Shown piece by piece: positions 9,057 to 18,914 of a stretch of DNA of 35,142 nt (position 1 is the stretch's first letter; every line of letters starts with the position of its first letter). The notes below the pieces were generated by a model. It ran no database searches. It had not been told where the DNA came from and worked only from the letters and a program-made list of their open reading frames with translations. The translations under genes were made by a program, and so were the position numbers. The DNA is taken from the sequence record SRR22947727_395; one strand, given 5' to 3'.

Positions 9057-11018
9057 CTATCGCTGCTCACTCGAGGCGTCTGACTCAACACTAAATGCAA
9101 GCAATACATTTCCTGGAGTAGTTCCGAGGATAGCGTAGCCAGATCCCCAGTAAACCATACCATTTACAACCGTAGGTCCTGGCCCACCAACCGATCCACC
9201 GCGACCTTCAATGCCATTAATGCTCTCGTAATCGCGCTTGGAATAATAATCCCATAGCACCCGGCCATCAGCGGTCGAGAAGGCGCGCATAGTCCCATCC
9301 ACTGAGCCCGTAAAAGCAACGCCCGGAATGACGGTAACGGCACCCTGGTTGGCGGAAGTGCAATATTTATTAGCGCTTACTTTAAGTTTGGGCTGATCTT
9401 CAGCGCACTTAGCCGGAGGCGGAATTATGGTTGTCCACACCGCCTCTCCTGTTTCCGGCTTTAGAGCGACTAATCCTCCCTCACCCTCAATGCCCTCGGT
9501 ACTCTCAAATTCCTGATCAGTAGCAAAAGCGAGGGGAACATATAACAGTCTTCCATCGGACGCAGGCCCCAGATTACCGCTGACTCCTGTCGACCGATCA
9601 GAAGGAATATCCTGCCAGATAATGGCACCCTTTTTATCTGGGTCAAGTACCGTCAGACGCCGACTTTCCTGTGATGCCAATAATACCTGTTTGCCGTTTG
9701 CCAAAGTATAAATAATCGGGGGTGCTGATACATCGTCATTGGGGCCTTGCTGTGCACCGGAACAGTATTGTTGTGAACTTTCAGAGCCATCGCAACTAAA
9801 GGCATTAGCATCCTCAGCAAGTAGCTGTTTCGACCAGAGCAATTCGCCTGAACTCAGGTCAAAGGAAAAAATGGCATCACTGGCACCACCATCAGGGACA
9901 GGCATATAGGCGTTCGCTGTACCGACATACACGGCATTGCGTTTTGTATCGATGGTCGGCGCACTCCACACAGCCGCGCCCGATGGGCCATATTGCTGCA
10001 CGCCCAGCTTATTTTTCCACAGCGGTTTAGCTTCCATTGCCAAGGTGGGTACTTTCCAAATTGTCTGCCCAGTGTTAACGTCAAGCACCGCCACACCGCC
10101 GGTCGATGTGCAGCACTCGTAACTGGGATGGGTACTTGCTACCTCTTCCCAAGAGCCAATGGGAACCACAAGACGCTCACCACTGGGATCAAGCACCACG
10201 GAACCACTGACTGCGGCAGCATGATGCTCACCTACCTCAGTGCTCCACAATAGCTTTCCAGTTTGCGCATCAAGGGCGTATACATTGGAGGCAAAATCGC
10301 CAAAATATAGGTTGTAGCGATCGGGTGCATTAGGTCGAGGACCGAGGGTGAGAGAACTGATAACGGGGCGTTTTGATTCAAAAGACCAATGAACACAACC
10401 GGTACTAGCATCCAGCGCATAGACCATACCGTTGTCACTACCCACCCAAAGCCACCCAGCACCGACTATCGGTTGACTGCGCAATGTCGCTGCGCCGGGC
10501 AATGCGAAGGCCCACTTAAGTTTTAAATTTGCAACATCGGCAGCATCCAAACCAGCCGCATCAGCCGCTTGAAAGCGCGCGCTGGTGGTGGGATCTGGAC
10601 TCCAACCAAGCCAATTCGACCCTGTTAATGGATTACCCAGTTTTACACCACTGGGGCAGGCATTGGTCATTGCAGCTGCAGAGCGGTCAGACTCCTCTAT
10701 GGGACGGCCACTTAGCCATTCAGCTATTCTGCGCTTTACATCATCGCCGAGACCCTGAGCAATCACCGACATCTTGCCCACCGTCAACGCATCATAGATC
10801 TTCGCCGCAGGCATTGCTTTGAGATCACTGCGACCGAGCGCTCTCGAACCAGGTTCAGGGCTTTCATGGCAACTAGCACAGTGTGCTTGAAACTCCATCA
10901 TGCCGCGATAATCTGAGGTCTGGGCAAAGCTGAGTGATGAGACCACTGAAAAGACCAATAGAGCAAGGCCTTTCCAGTAGCTATTACGTTGGCAACGAAC
11001 TGTCAGTAATGTTTTCAT
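9057..11018 (-). CDS. Quinohemoprotein dehydrogenase: N-terminal cytochrome c plus PQQ beta-propeller (polyvinyl-alcohol-dehydrogenase-like architecture)
   Basis: Sec signal, CASCH heme c motif, LKLKWAF, repeated ALDAxTGxxxW propeller blades, vicinal cysteines YECC, and GAAVWSAPTID. Confidence 0.88.
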   Translation of the reverse strand: MKTLLTVRCQRNSYWKGLALLVFSVVSSLSFAQTSDYRGMMEFQAHCASCHESPEPGSRALGRSDLKAMPAAKIYDALTVGKMSVIAQGLGDDVKRRIAEWLSGRPIEESDRSAAAMTNACPSGVKLGNPLTGSNWLGWSPDPTTSARFQAADAAGLDAADVANLKLKWAFALPGAATLRSQPIVGAGWLWVGSDNGMVYALDASTGCVHWSFESKRPVISSLTLGPRPNAPDRYNLYFGDFASNVYALDAQTGKLLWSTEVGEHHAAAVSGSVVLDPSGERLVVPIGSWEEVASTHPSYECCTSTGGVAVLDVNTGQTIWKVPTLAMEAKPLWKNKLGVQQYGPSGAAVWSAPTIDTKRNAVYVGTANAYMPVPDGGASDAIFSFDLSSGELLWSKQLLAEDANAFSCDGSESSQQYCSGAQQGPNDDVSAPPIIYTLANGKQVLLASQESRRLTVLDPDKKGAIIWQDIPSDRSTGVSGNLGPASDGRLLYVPLAFATDQEFESTEGIEGEGGLVALKPETGEAVWTTIIPPPAKCAEDQPKLKVSANKYCTSANQGAVTVIPGVAFTGSVDGTMRAFSTADGRVLWDYYSKRDYESINGIEGRGGSVGGPGPTVVNGMVYWGSGYAILGTTPGNVLLAFSVESDASSEQR

Positions 11019-11119
11019 AATGCATCCTAATATATCGATACAATTTTAATTTGGATGAACAATAAAAAATCAATTACCTCTCTCATTACTACTTCATCCG
11101 TTGCACAACTTGGGTTAGA

Positions 11120-13339
11120 TTAGAAGTTCATTCCAACCTTTATACCAGCCCAGCGCGGCATACCCATATTGCCATACACAAAGTCGAGATCCGCTATTCC
11201 GTAGGTGTTGTCAATGTATTCTGTCTCGAAGACATTTTTAACATAGGCTTGCACTTCCCATTTCTCTGAGGCTGACACCCAGAATACCCGCGCATTGACT
11301 AGCGTTTTGGCCTCGCTGTAGTTATATTCATTACCTCCAGCGCCGACACCTTCACTATGGTAAGAAAAGTCGGTTTGCAACGTAACCACAGCGCCATCAT
11401 TTAAAGGAATATTGTAGCTAACCACACCATTAACCATTAAGTCAGGTGATCCAAGCTCTGAACCATCTAGAGTGCGTTCAACACCGTCTGAGGATGTGAT
11501 GACATAGCCTGAATCGGCGCTGATTTCGCTATCCAACCAGCCTATACCCAAGCTCAACTCCAAATTATCTGTTGGCACTGCGAGTAGCTCAAGTTCTACA
11601 CCATAGATATCCGCATCACCAAGACTGATCAAGCGACTGACTGGTGCTGCCGCGTTTGAGTCATAGGTAATGCCCTGCTTATCGGAAACATCCTGATAAA
11701 ACAGTGCCGCATTTAACTGCAGTCGTCCGTCCATTAGTGTGGACTTGCTACCCAGTTCAAACGCAGTTACTTCCTCTGGATCCACTGACGTCATTGCGCT
11801 CAGATCACCAAACAACAAGTCACTGTTGAAATTTCCTGAACGGAAGCCGGTGGACAGGCTAGCATAAATCATCATCTCATCGCGGGGACGCCACTCTAGC
11901 CCCAGTTTACCGGAGAGGTTTTCACTGGTAAGACGATCTGCGCCCGGAAGCCCCTGCGTGGTGAGCTGCACTTTCTTTTCTTCGTCGGTATAACGAAAAC
12001 CAGCCAGCATACTCAGCGTATCGCTTAAAGAGCGGTTAATTTCACCAAACAGCGCATAGGACTTGGTATCGATGTTAGCCATCGTGTCCGGGTTACCGTC
12101 CCCCCATTCATATCCTGCCACACCAGAGGTGGAGCTCCTATCATCATCTAGATAAAACAAACCAATCAGCCAGTTCCTACCTTCATCGCCACCAGATAAA
12201 TGAAACTCTTGTGAAAATTGATCAGCGTCTACTGTGTAGGTATCGTTGTACTGGTATAAGCCGAACATTCCAACTGCGGTGCCATCTTCATCAGCATTGA
12301 AATAACGATCTAGACTATCCAAGGCACTGATTGAAACAAGCTCCATATCGTTATTTAACTGCCAGGTTAGCTTGGCTATTACCGTCTCAGTTTCCAGGGT
12401 ATATCGACCATCGCCCGCACTCGGATCATGCTCAGTATAGGGTTTAGTCACGTCGGGGTTAGGATCGCTAAATTCTGTCAGTCCGAATAGTGCACCACCA
12501 CCAACACATTGGCTGGCTAAGACACGCTTCGCGTCACATACTTCATATGTCTGTGGATCTAGAAGACCCCAGTAGTTAAACGCCTTACCAATATCATCTG
12601 CATCACTGGCTTCCAATGAAAGCAAAAGATTCATGTCATCATTGATATCAATATCCAAATGAGCACGGCCCATTATTCTATCGGTAACGCCCAACTTACC
12701 GCCTGCGGGACCCTGATTGTCTTGGAAGCCATCATCTTGATGATACTTTAACGCCAAGCGGCCACGCACCTGATCACTTATTGGTCCACTAATGGCAGTT
12801 TCAACAATATTGGTGCCATATGAACCATACTCAAAATTGAGATAGCCTTCTTGTTCTTCAGTAGGTTTGCGGGAGATAAAATGCACCAGTCCAGCGGTGG
12901 AATTACGCCCAAATAATGTGCCTTGCGGTCCACGCAAAACCTCGGCACGTTCCAAATCCATCATCACACCACCGCCAAAGAAGGCAGCGGGTCGATACAC
13001 TTCATCAAAATACAAAGCAACGTTATCCTCTCCCGCAAGTGTGGGGTTTAATGTTGAGTTGCCGCGTATGGTGATGTCCGCAGAAAATGAACCCTCGTTA
13101 GAGGAGACATTGGGTATTTGCGAAAAAATATCTCGCGTATCCTCAAAACCAAAGGCATCAATCTTATCGCCACTCAAGGCAGTCATAGAGACGGAGATAT
13201 CTTGCAGACTCTGCGTCCGTTTTGTTGCCGTCACTAGGATTTCTTCAATACCATTGAAGCTTTCTTCTGCGGTAGCTGGAACGTTCACAGCCAATAGCGC
13301 AGCAAAAACTCCCGTCAGAGCCAATTTATTGTTAGTCAT
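11120..13339 (-). CDS. TonB-dependent receptor 1
   Basis: Signal peptide, TonB box IEEILVTATKR, plug motif ERAEVLRGPQGTLFGRN and C-terminal Phe. GAGGGG RBS before ATG 13339. Confidence 0.95.
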   Translation of the reverse strand: MTNNKLALTGVFAALLAVNVPATAEESFNGIEEILVTATKRTQSLQDISVSMTALSGDKIDAFGFEDTRDIFSQIPNVSSNEGSFSADITIRGNSTLNPTLAGEDNVALYFDEVYRPAAFFGGGVMMDLERAEVLRGPQGTLFGRNSTAGLVHFISRKPTEEQEGYLNFEYGSYGTNIVETAISGPISDQVRGRLALKYHQDDGFQDNQGPAGGKLGVTDRIMGRAHLDIDINDDMNLLLSLEASDADDIGKAFNYWGLLDPQTYEVCDAKRVLASQCVGGGALFGLTEFSDPNPDVTKPYTEHDPSAGDGRYTLETETVIAKLTWQLNNDMELVSISALDSLDRYFNADEDGTAVGMFGLYQYNDTYTVDADQFSQEFHLSGGDEGRNWLIGLFYLDDDRSSTSGVAGYEWGDGNPDTMANIDTKSYALFGEINRSLSDTLSMLAGFRYTDEEKKVQLTTQGLPGADRLTSENLSGKLGLEWRPRDEMMIYASLSTGFRSGNFNSDLLFGDLSAMTSVDPEEVTAFELGSKSTLMDGRLQLNAALFYQDVSDKQGITYDSNAAAPVSRLISLGDADIYGVELELLAVPTDNLELSLGIGWLDSEISADSGYVITSSDGVERTLDGSELGSPDLMVNGVVSYNIPLNDGAVVTLQTDFSYHSEGVGAGGNEYNYSEAKTLVNARVFWVSASEKWEVQAYVKNVFETEYIDNTYGIADLDFVYGNMGMPRWAGIKVGMNF

Positions 13340-13398
13340 AGATTTCCCCTCATAATCTAAAATTTTGATTGCTATAGTAAGCACAGTCCAAATACGCG

Positions 13399-13450
13399 AG
13401 CCTATTCAAAGCACTCCGACATGTCAAATGACATATGTCACGTGACATGC
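13399..13450 (-). promoter_or_regulatory. Sigma70 promoter of TBDR1 with two overlapping operators (13419-13436 and 13433-13450)
   Basis: Minus strand reads TTGACA (13427-13422), 17 nt, TAGGCT (13404-13399). Operators are ACATGTC-AAAT-GACATAT and ATATGTC-ACGT-GACATGC. Confidence 0.8.
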
Positions 13451-13746
13451 TACACGGTTTTATAACCCTTTTGCAACAACTAAAACTTGCCGGATTCGAT
13501 GCAAAAAAAGCACGATTATTCCCTCAATGCCTGCACAAGCTCATCATTCTTTGGACCACAGTAAAGCAGCAGGGCTATAGGGTAAGTCAAGCAGTGTCAT
13601 ACCAGTCGTTTTCTAACTTTGGCACTGTCCTTATTGGGTAGAGTTGTGCTTTATGGATATGTTTATCTCGCTCACGAGATGTCTACTAAGTATCCATCAC
13701 TCAGCGCGTTGAGCTCCCTAAACGTTAAGTCACGATGAGGATCTAC

Positions 13747-13775
13747 AGGCCACGTCGGTCACATCGACATGGCCT
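13747..13775 (-). terminator. Stem-loop just after the TBDR2 stop
   Basis: Minus strand reads AGGCCATGTCG-ATGTGAC-CGACGTGGCCT (11-bp stem, one G-U pair), 16 nt after the stop. The U-tract is weak. Confidence 0.45.
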
Positions 13776-13791
13776 TAAGATTGCTACCGGC

Positions 13792-16059
13792 CTAGTTGAA
13801 GTTATAGTTAAAAGTCAACCCGACAGTTCGTGGTTGATTTATCGCCACGGCCCTAGTATTGGGCAGATTTACCGATGTATTTGAGCCGAACAACCCAGAC
13901 TCGGAGACGTCATTAAGAACATTGTGTGCGAATAATGTAATCTCCCAAAGATCCTCCTGGAAAGCTCCAACCCGCAAATCAAGCCGCTTATTCGGAGAAA
14001 CACTATTAAAAGGGCTTGTCGGATCGTAGAGGCGCGTGACCTCATCCACAAAATTGTAGCTGACTCGCACAAATCCATCCCAATCGGACGTTAGCGATAG
14101 TAAATAATCTGCAGTTACAGAATATGCCCACTCAGGTACGTTGAGCAGAGGAGCGCCCACATACCCTTGTGCCCCCGGGGCGAGCGAGGTCAACTTTGCA
14201 TCCGTGTAACTAACCATCGCTGATAAAGAAAGCGCCTCGGTAGCTGCAAAGTTCCACTCGACTTCAGCTCCTTTGACCTCTGCGTCACCGTTATTAACGG
14301 AGAAAGGCCAACCGCAAAATAGCGAAACGCTCTGCTGAATGTCCGTCCAGTCTAGAAAATAAACCGCACCGTTTAATCTCATCCGTTGATCCATCATCCG
14401 CATTTTGGCACCCAGTTCGTAACTCGAAACTGAATCGGATCCCACGCCCTTAGGAGTTTCAGACAGACCCAGTGCTGCCAAATCATCCGCACAAGCCGCC
14501 TCAGGGACTGGTGAGATTGCCGCACCACTTCTGAATCCCTCCGCCACCGTTGCGAACAGCATTGTGTCATCGTTCATTTGATACGAAACATTAAGCTTAG
14601 GTGTAATATCATCATCCTTATATTCGCCCTCTTGGTATACGGGCTCGTTGGACCCAGTGAATAACCCCACCTCGGCATCTGTAAAACTTGACTCGAATTC
14701 AAAGGCACGCAGGCCAACAGTAACCGCAAGGGCATTGGTCACGTTATATGTAGCTTCTGCAAAAATAGCCTTTTCCGTAAGTTTGTAACGCGGGTCTGAT
14801 TCATATGAGGTATCAAAACCGAATATCTGCCCTTCTTCCCCAAAGAGCTCAAGGGCTTCAGCACTGTACGGATTGATATCTGGGAGATGCCTCTTTTGAT
14901 CGCTGTAGTAAATACCGACTAGGTAGTCCAGTGAATCCTTCGAACCCACCAAACGTAATTCCTGAATAAACGTTTCGGTTTTGTTATCATCAAGCTGCTC
15001 CCATGGCACGTTGGTGGGTAGTTCAAGCAGCGCCGTAGCGATTTTAGTATAATCTTCAATTCCGGGGGTCTCGCGTTTGAAGTAGGAGGTAGACGACGTC
15101 ACCCCCAATAGATCACGCTCCCAGTTCACTGTCAGATTTGCAATAGTCACCTCGTCCTCGCGGTCCTCGCGAGTTAAGCGTGTCTGAATATATTTCTTAT
15201 CTTCTAGAGATCCTGGCGGCACATCAATCAGGTACGGTGCGTCGACCTCAAGCTTCTGATGCATTAGCGATGGCGTAATCGTCAGGTTTTCATTGGGAAC
15301 ATACTCGAGAATCGCTCGGAATCCGTTCTGTGTCATCGAGTTCGCACCAGGTTTTACAGGAACTGTAGGATCAATTCCTGCCAAATCTGATGGATGAATT
15401 GCGTAGCGGTCGATGAAACCTTTGTCAGATTGATGGGATCCAAGCAAACGTAAACCAAGCTTTTCGTCCTGTAGGGGGATATTGAGAACGACATTAGCTT
15501 TTCGGCTCAGTCCGCTACTACCATCGATATGCGACAGGGTAGTCTCTGCGCGGCCCTCAAATTGGGACAAATTCGGCCTTTTCCCAACATACTTAACAGT
15601 ACCACCCATTGAACCGGCGCCATACAGCGTGCCTTGTGGCCCTCGCAAAACCTCAACCCGCTCCAGATCGAACATCATCACATCGAGATTGCGAGTAGTG
15701 GAGGATATTGGCACTTCATCGAGGTAGTAGCCGATGGTGGGCGAATTACCAGACCTTCCTGGCATGCCTCGGACAATCACTTCCGTCTGCCCGGGTCCAG
15801 TGCTTGTTACTGCAAGACCCGGCACGCCGAGAGCAAGATCCGAGACATTCTTAATTCCCGCATGCTCTAGATCTTCCCCGGATACCGCAGTGATACTAAT
15901 CGGGACTTTTTGTAAAATCTGAGAGCGTTTCCGTGCTGTGACAATGATTTCTTCCAGTGTATTGTTGAGAATTTTTTGTCCCGCCTCTTCTTTTGCAGAA
16001 ACATCTGCAGCAATCAGCGCGGCAAAAATACCGAGCAAACTCAATCTATTCTTTTTCAT
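13792..16059 (-). CDS. TonB-dependent receptor 2
   Basis: Signal peptide, LEEIIVTARKR TonB box, ERVEVLRGPQGTLYGAGSMGG plug and PRTVGLTFNYNF terminus. AAGGGG RBS present. Confidence 0.95.
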   Translation of the reverse strand: MKKNRLSLLGIFAALIAADVSAKEEAGQKILNNTLEEIIVTARKRSQILQKVPISITAVSGEDLEHAGIKNVSDLALGVPGLAVTSTGPGQTEVIVRGMPGRSGNSPTIGYYLDEVPISSTTRNLDVMMFDLERVEVLRGPQGTLYGAGSMGGTVKYVGKRPNLSQFEGRAETTLSHIDGSSGLSRKANVVLNIPLQDEKLGLRLLGSHQSDKGFIDRYAIHPSDLAGIDPTVPVKPGANSMTQNGFRAILEYVPNENLTITPSLMHQKLEVDAPYLIDVPPGSLEDKKYIQTRLTREDREDEVTIANLTVNWERDLLGVTSSTSYFKRETPGIEDYTKIATALLELPTNVPWEQLDDNKTETFIQELRLVGSKDSLDYLVGIYYSDQKRHLPDINPYSAEALELFGEEGQIFGFDTSYESDPRYKLTEKAIFAEATYNVTNALAVTVGLRAFEFESSFTDAEVGLFTGSNEPVYQEGEYKDDDITPKLNVSYQMNDDTMLFATVAEGFRSGAAISPVPEAACADDLAALGLSETPKGVGSDSVSSYELGAKMRMMDQRMRLNGAVYFLDWTDIQQSVSLFCGWPFSVNNGDAEVKGAEVEWNFAATEALSLSAMVSYTDAKLTSLAPGAQGYVGAPLLNVPEWAYSVTADYLLSLTSDWDGFVRVSYNFVDEVTRLYDPTSPFNSVSPNKRLDLRVGAFQEDLWEITLFAHNVLNDVSESGLFGSNTSVNLPNTRAVAINQPRTVGLTFNYNFN

Positions 16060-16111
16060 AGTCTTCCCCTTTTGATTTACACATGGTTATTTTTTGTATA
16101 CACCAAAGAAA

Positions 16112-16233
16112 GCTTGTCATATGACTGTTTAGCGTGTCAAGTGACATGTATGCTAGGTAAGACTAAGCAGATCTGTGAGACAGTGAAAACTCAAGGGGGG
16201 GGCGAACCAACACTAACATGTCAATTGACATTC
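16112..16233. promoter_or_regulatory. Three operator copies in the divergent TBDR2 / ldi-like intergenic region
   Basis: GCTTGTC-ATAT-GACTGTT (16112-16129, degenerate), GCGTGTC-AAGT-GACATGT (16132-16149) and ACATGTC-AATT-GACATTC (16216-16233). Confidence 0.7.
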
Positions 16234-16285
16234 TGTATTACTTCATGACAGTATTTACGCTAACCATGTTTGTGTGAGCTGACTT

Positions 16286-17947
16286 ATGACAAGTAAATAC
16301 CGCTTTATTATTCCTTTCCTAGTTGGATTAAAGGTCCTCTCTGTAACCGCGGCAGAGCCATTGGTTATTCCTGACCCGACAAATTACCCATCCCTCTCCA
16401 CTAAGAAGATGGGCCATGTTCGTCATATGGTTAATCTGGCAAACCAACTTGATGGCGATTTCTCGCTGATGGGTGAGACCGATCCCGTCTACAATATGAG
16501 TTTCCATGCCTACCAGTTTCAAATTGCGTTTGCTCAATATGCACTGGCGTCTACCCACTACCACTATACGCCCGCCCACCGTGATCTCTATCAGAAAGCA
16601 TCGGCAAGGCTGATTCAGAGGATGATCTACAAAGATGTGTGGGATTATTGGGCACATGTTAGTAAGTTCGATCTAACGGATAGAACTGGAAGTGAGAGTG
16701 GTGAAGAGAGGATGATCAACTATACCGAAGATGACTGGTACGGTTGGATCGATCCCAATATTAAGAAGAACATTATGTATAGCGGCCATCTTTTGCAAAT
16801 GGTGGGTCTGCATCAGAACCTTTTCAACGACAACCGCTACGATGAGCCCGGCTCTCTTACATTTCGTTACGCACCGATTGAGTATGGTCAAGGTCCTGTC
16901 GAAATGAAATACGATTATCATCGATTGGCCAAGGTTATCTACGATCAATTTGTCGAAGATCATTACCGCGGAATTGAGTGTGAGCGCAATGCGGTCTACG
17001 CGGAGTGTAACCAACATCCCATTCTTGGCCTTATGTCTTATGACTTCAAGAATGGTACAAACCTTTCGGTAGACGTCCGCAAAGAATTCAAGAAAGTTAT
17101 GCGCAAGCGCAAATATATTGACCCTAAAACCAACACCACGATGTACTTCTTGAAAGTGAACGAGGACGAGGTTGTCCCCGCGACCTATGCTTGGGCTGAT
17201 GGTTGGAATGGTCATGCCCAACATGTATGGGACAAGGAATATATCGAGAGCATTTATCCCGACCAGAAAAAACGCTACATCCCATCGATGCTTAGAGGGT
17301 GGCCCTTCGAGAACATGGGCTGGACTGCATCATTCGACTTTGGTTGGTTCGCCCTGCTAGCGTCCGAGGTTGGTGATACAGAAACTGTGCAGACAATGAC
17401 TGACTATGCGGATGCGCACTTCGAGCCGACCTGGAGAGATGGGGGCTACTATTACCCGAATACTACCTATTATCAGTATAACTTCCGCCGGGACTGGAAA
17501 GGGTTTATCCATAACGTCGGCCCTGCGACGGGTAACGTTCTAGTTGGCTTTGCCCGCATCAATCCGAAAGACGGACTGTGGCAGATCTATAATCGCCCTT
17601 GGGATGATACCCACTATTCGCAACCCTACATTACCAACGTCGAATATTTGCAAGCGAGTGTCACCCAGGCGGTCTATGACCCAGAGGAGGACGCTCTGAT
17701 TGTCACTTTGGTGCCTGGGCCAGTGGCTAGTGCATCCACCTCCTTTACCGTGCATCAATTGGATCATGATAAGAGCTATGCATTGATCAGGGATGGGCAA
17801 GTGTTGGGCGAAGTCAATGCGCAAACAGGTTCGGCTCTACCAAATACTCAGTGGCAGGCTGATGGCTCTCTTCTTATCAGTACTGAATTAGCAGAGCCAC
17901 AGTCTTTTGTATTGAAGGCAATGGCGGCCACGCTAGCTGCACGCTAA
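16286..17947 (+). CDS. Secreted linalool dehydratase/isomerase (LinD/Ldi)-family protein with C-terminal beta-rich extension
   Basis: Blocks QFQIAFAQYALAS, RMIYKDVWDYW, DPNIKKNIMYSGHL, IECERNAVYAECN and LLASEVGD are colinear with recalled Castellaniella LinD blocks KYSIAFYAYGLAS, KMKCKRVWGDW, DPIEKENIMYKGHL, VCEPDNYFVQCN and LLAREMGD. Confidence 0.82.
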   Translation: MTSKYRFIIPFLVGLKVLSVTAAEPLVIPDPTNYPSLSTKKMGHVRHMVNLANQLDGDFSLMGETDPVYNMSFHAYQFQIAFAQYALASTHYHYTPAHRDLYQKASARLIQRMIYKDVWDYWAHVSKFDLTDRTGSESGEERMINYTEDDWYGWIDPNIKKNIMYSGHLLQMVGLHQNLFNDNRYDEPGSLTFRYAPIEYGQGPVEMKYDYHRLAKVIYDQFVEDHYRGIECERNAVYAECNQHPILGLMSYDFKNGTNLSVDVRKEFKKVMRKRKYIDPKTNTTMYFLKVNEDEVVPATYAWADGWNGHAQHVWDKEYIESIYPDQKKRYIPSMLRGWPFENMGWTASFDFGWFALLASEVGDTETVQTMTDYADAHFEPTWRDGGYYYPNTTYYQYNFRRDWKGFIHNVGPATGNVLVGFARINPKDGLWQIYNRPWDDTHYSQPYITNVEYLQASVTQAVYDPEEDALIVTLVPGPVASASTSFTVHQLDHDKSYALIRDGQVLGEVNAQTGSALPNTQWQADGSLLISTELAEPQSFVLKAMAATLAAR

Positions 17948-18771
17948 TGAGGGTAACTCGAGACAAAACTGCCGGCGAACGAGTCGCGAAACATCTGCGT
18001 AGAATCGCGCAAACTGTGTTTGTCCTTGCATTTGGATTAGCTATAACCGCATGCTCAGATACTGACAGGGCAAATACCTTGAGCGAAGGGATTACCAACA
18101 AGAAGGTACGTCAGTACCTTCTGGAGCACCCGGAACTTGTTCTTGATGATCCAGAAATTGCCCGCGCCATAAGTTCAGCCCGCTCAGCGCGGCAGCAGCA
18201 GGCTAGCGCCTTATGGCGCAAATCTATCCTTGCAGAAAACGCCAGCCTACTAGACTCCACTCTCACCCCAGTCTCTGGGGATGTTGGATCCCAAGTCACG
18301 ATTATCGAGTTCTATGATTATCAATGTATGCCTTGCAAGGCCAGTTACCCAGAACTTGAACAGATCAAAAAAACAGAGGCAGATATTCGTATTGTTTATG
18401 CCCAGCTGCCTGTTTTCGGGAGCTATTCGATCCTAGCTGCACGGGCCGCTATCGGCGCTCACCGGCAGGGCCTGTTTCAGGCTTATCACGATGCATTAAT
18501 GACTACCGATATCCGTCTTGATGCGGACTCTATTTTTGCCATGGCAGCCGATATAGGGCTCGACACTGAAAGGTTACAGGCTGATATGCGTGATCCACAA
18601 GTTATTCACTATTTAGAGCAGATGCGGCTTCTCGCCGATGAACTTGATGTGACCGGCACGCCAGCATTTGTAATAGGAGATGCCATTCTGCTAGGGGGCA
18701 CTAGGGTAAACGAACTTAAAGCAGTGCTCGACCAACAGCGTAGTCGAAGCCATCAGTCCAGTGGAGGTTGA
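17947..18771 (+). CDS. DsbA-family thioredoxin-fold lipoprotein (ScsC/Com1-like)
   Basis: Lipobox-like ITAC, VRQYLLEHPELV helical N-domain, EFYDYQCMPCK active site and GTPAF cis-Pro loop. Its ATG overlaps the upstream stop (TAATG 17945-17949). Confidence 0.9.
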   Translation: MRVTRDKTAGERVAKHLRRIAQTVFVLAFGLAITACSDTDRANTLSEGITNKKVRQYLLEHPELVLDDPEIARAISSARSARQQQASALWRKSILAENASLLDSTLTPVSGDVGSQVTIIEFYDYQCMPCKASYPELEQIKKTEADIRIVYAQLPVFGSYSILAARAAIGAHRQGLFQAYHDALMTTDIRLDADSIFAMAADIGLDTERLQADMRDPQVIHYLEQMRLLADELDVTGTPAFVIGDAILLGGTRVNELKAVLDQQRSRSHQSSGG

Positions 18772-18914
18772 CAGCTTATTTGGGTGGGAATGAATATCAA
18801 AATATTAAAAATAAAATCGAGAACAGCGTCTCTATAAAGGCCTTTTAAGCTCTGTAAAGACTTGAGCTGGACTCAAAAAGCGTTTTCTTTAGAATAGATG
18901 AGGAGATAATTATA

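Noticed and set aside
13451-13746. Long spacer between the two TonB receptor genes (and 7043-7253) as possible sRNA, riboswitch or gene remnant
   Set aside because: No recognisable riboswitch motif, convincing structure or protein similarity by eye. An Rfam/BLAST search would be needed.
18782-18793. GGGTGGGAATGA resembling a guaA terminus
   Set aside because: Imperfect, and in the opposite orientation to guaA. A short chance match.
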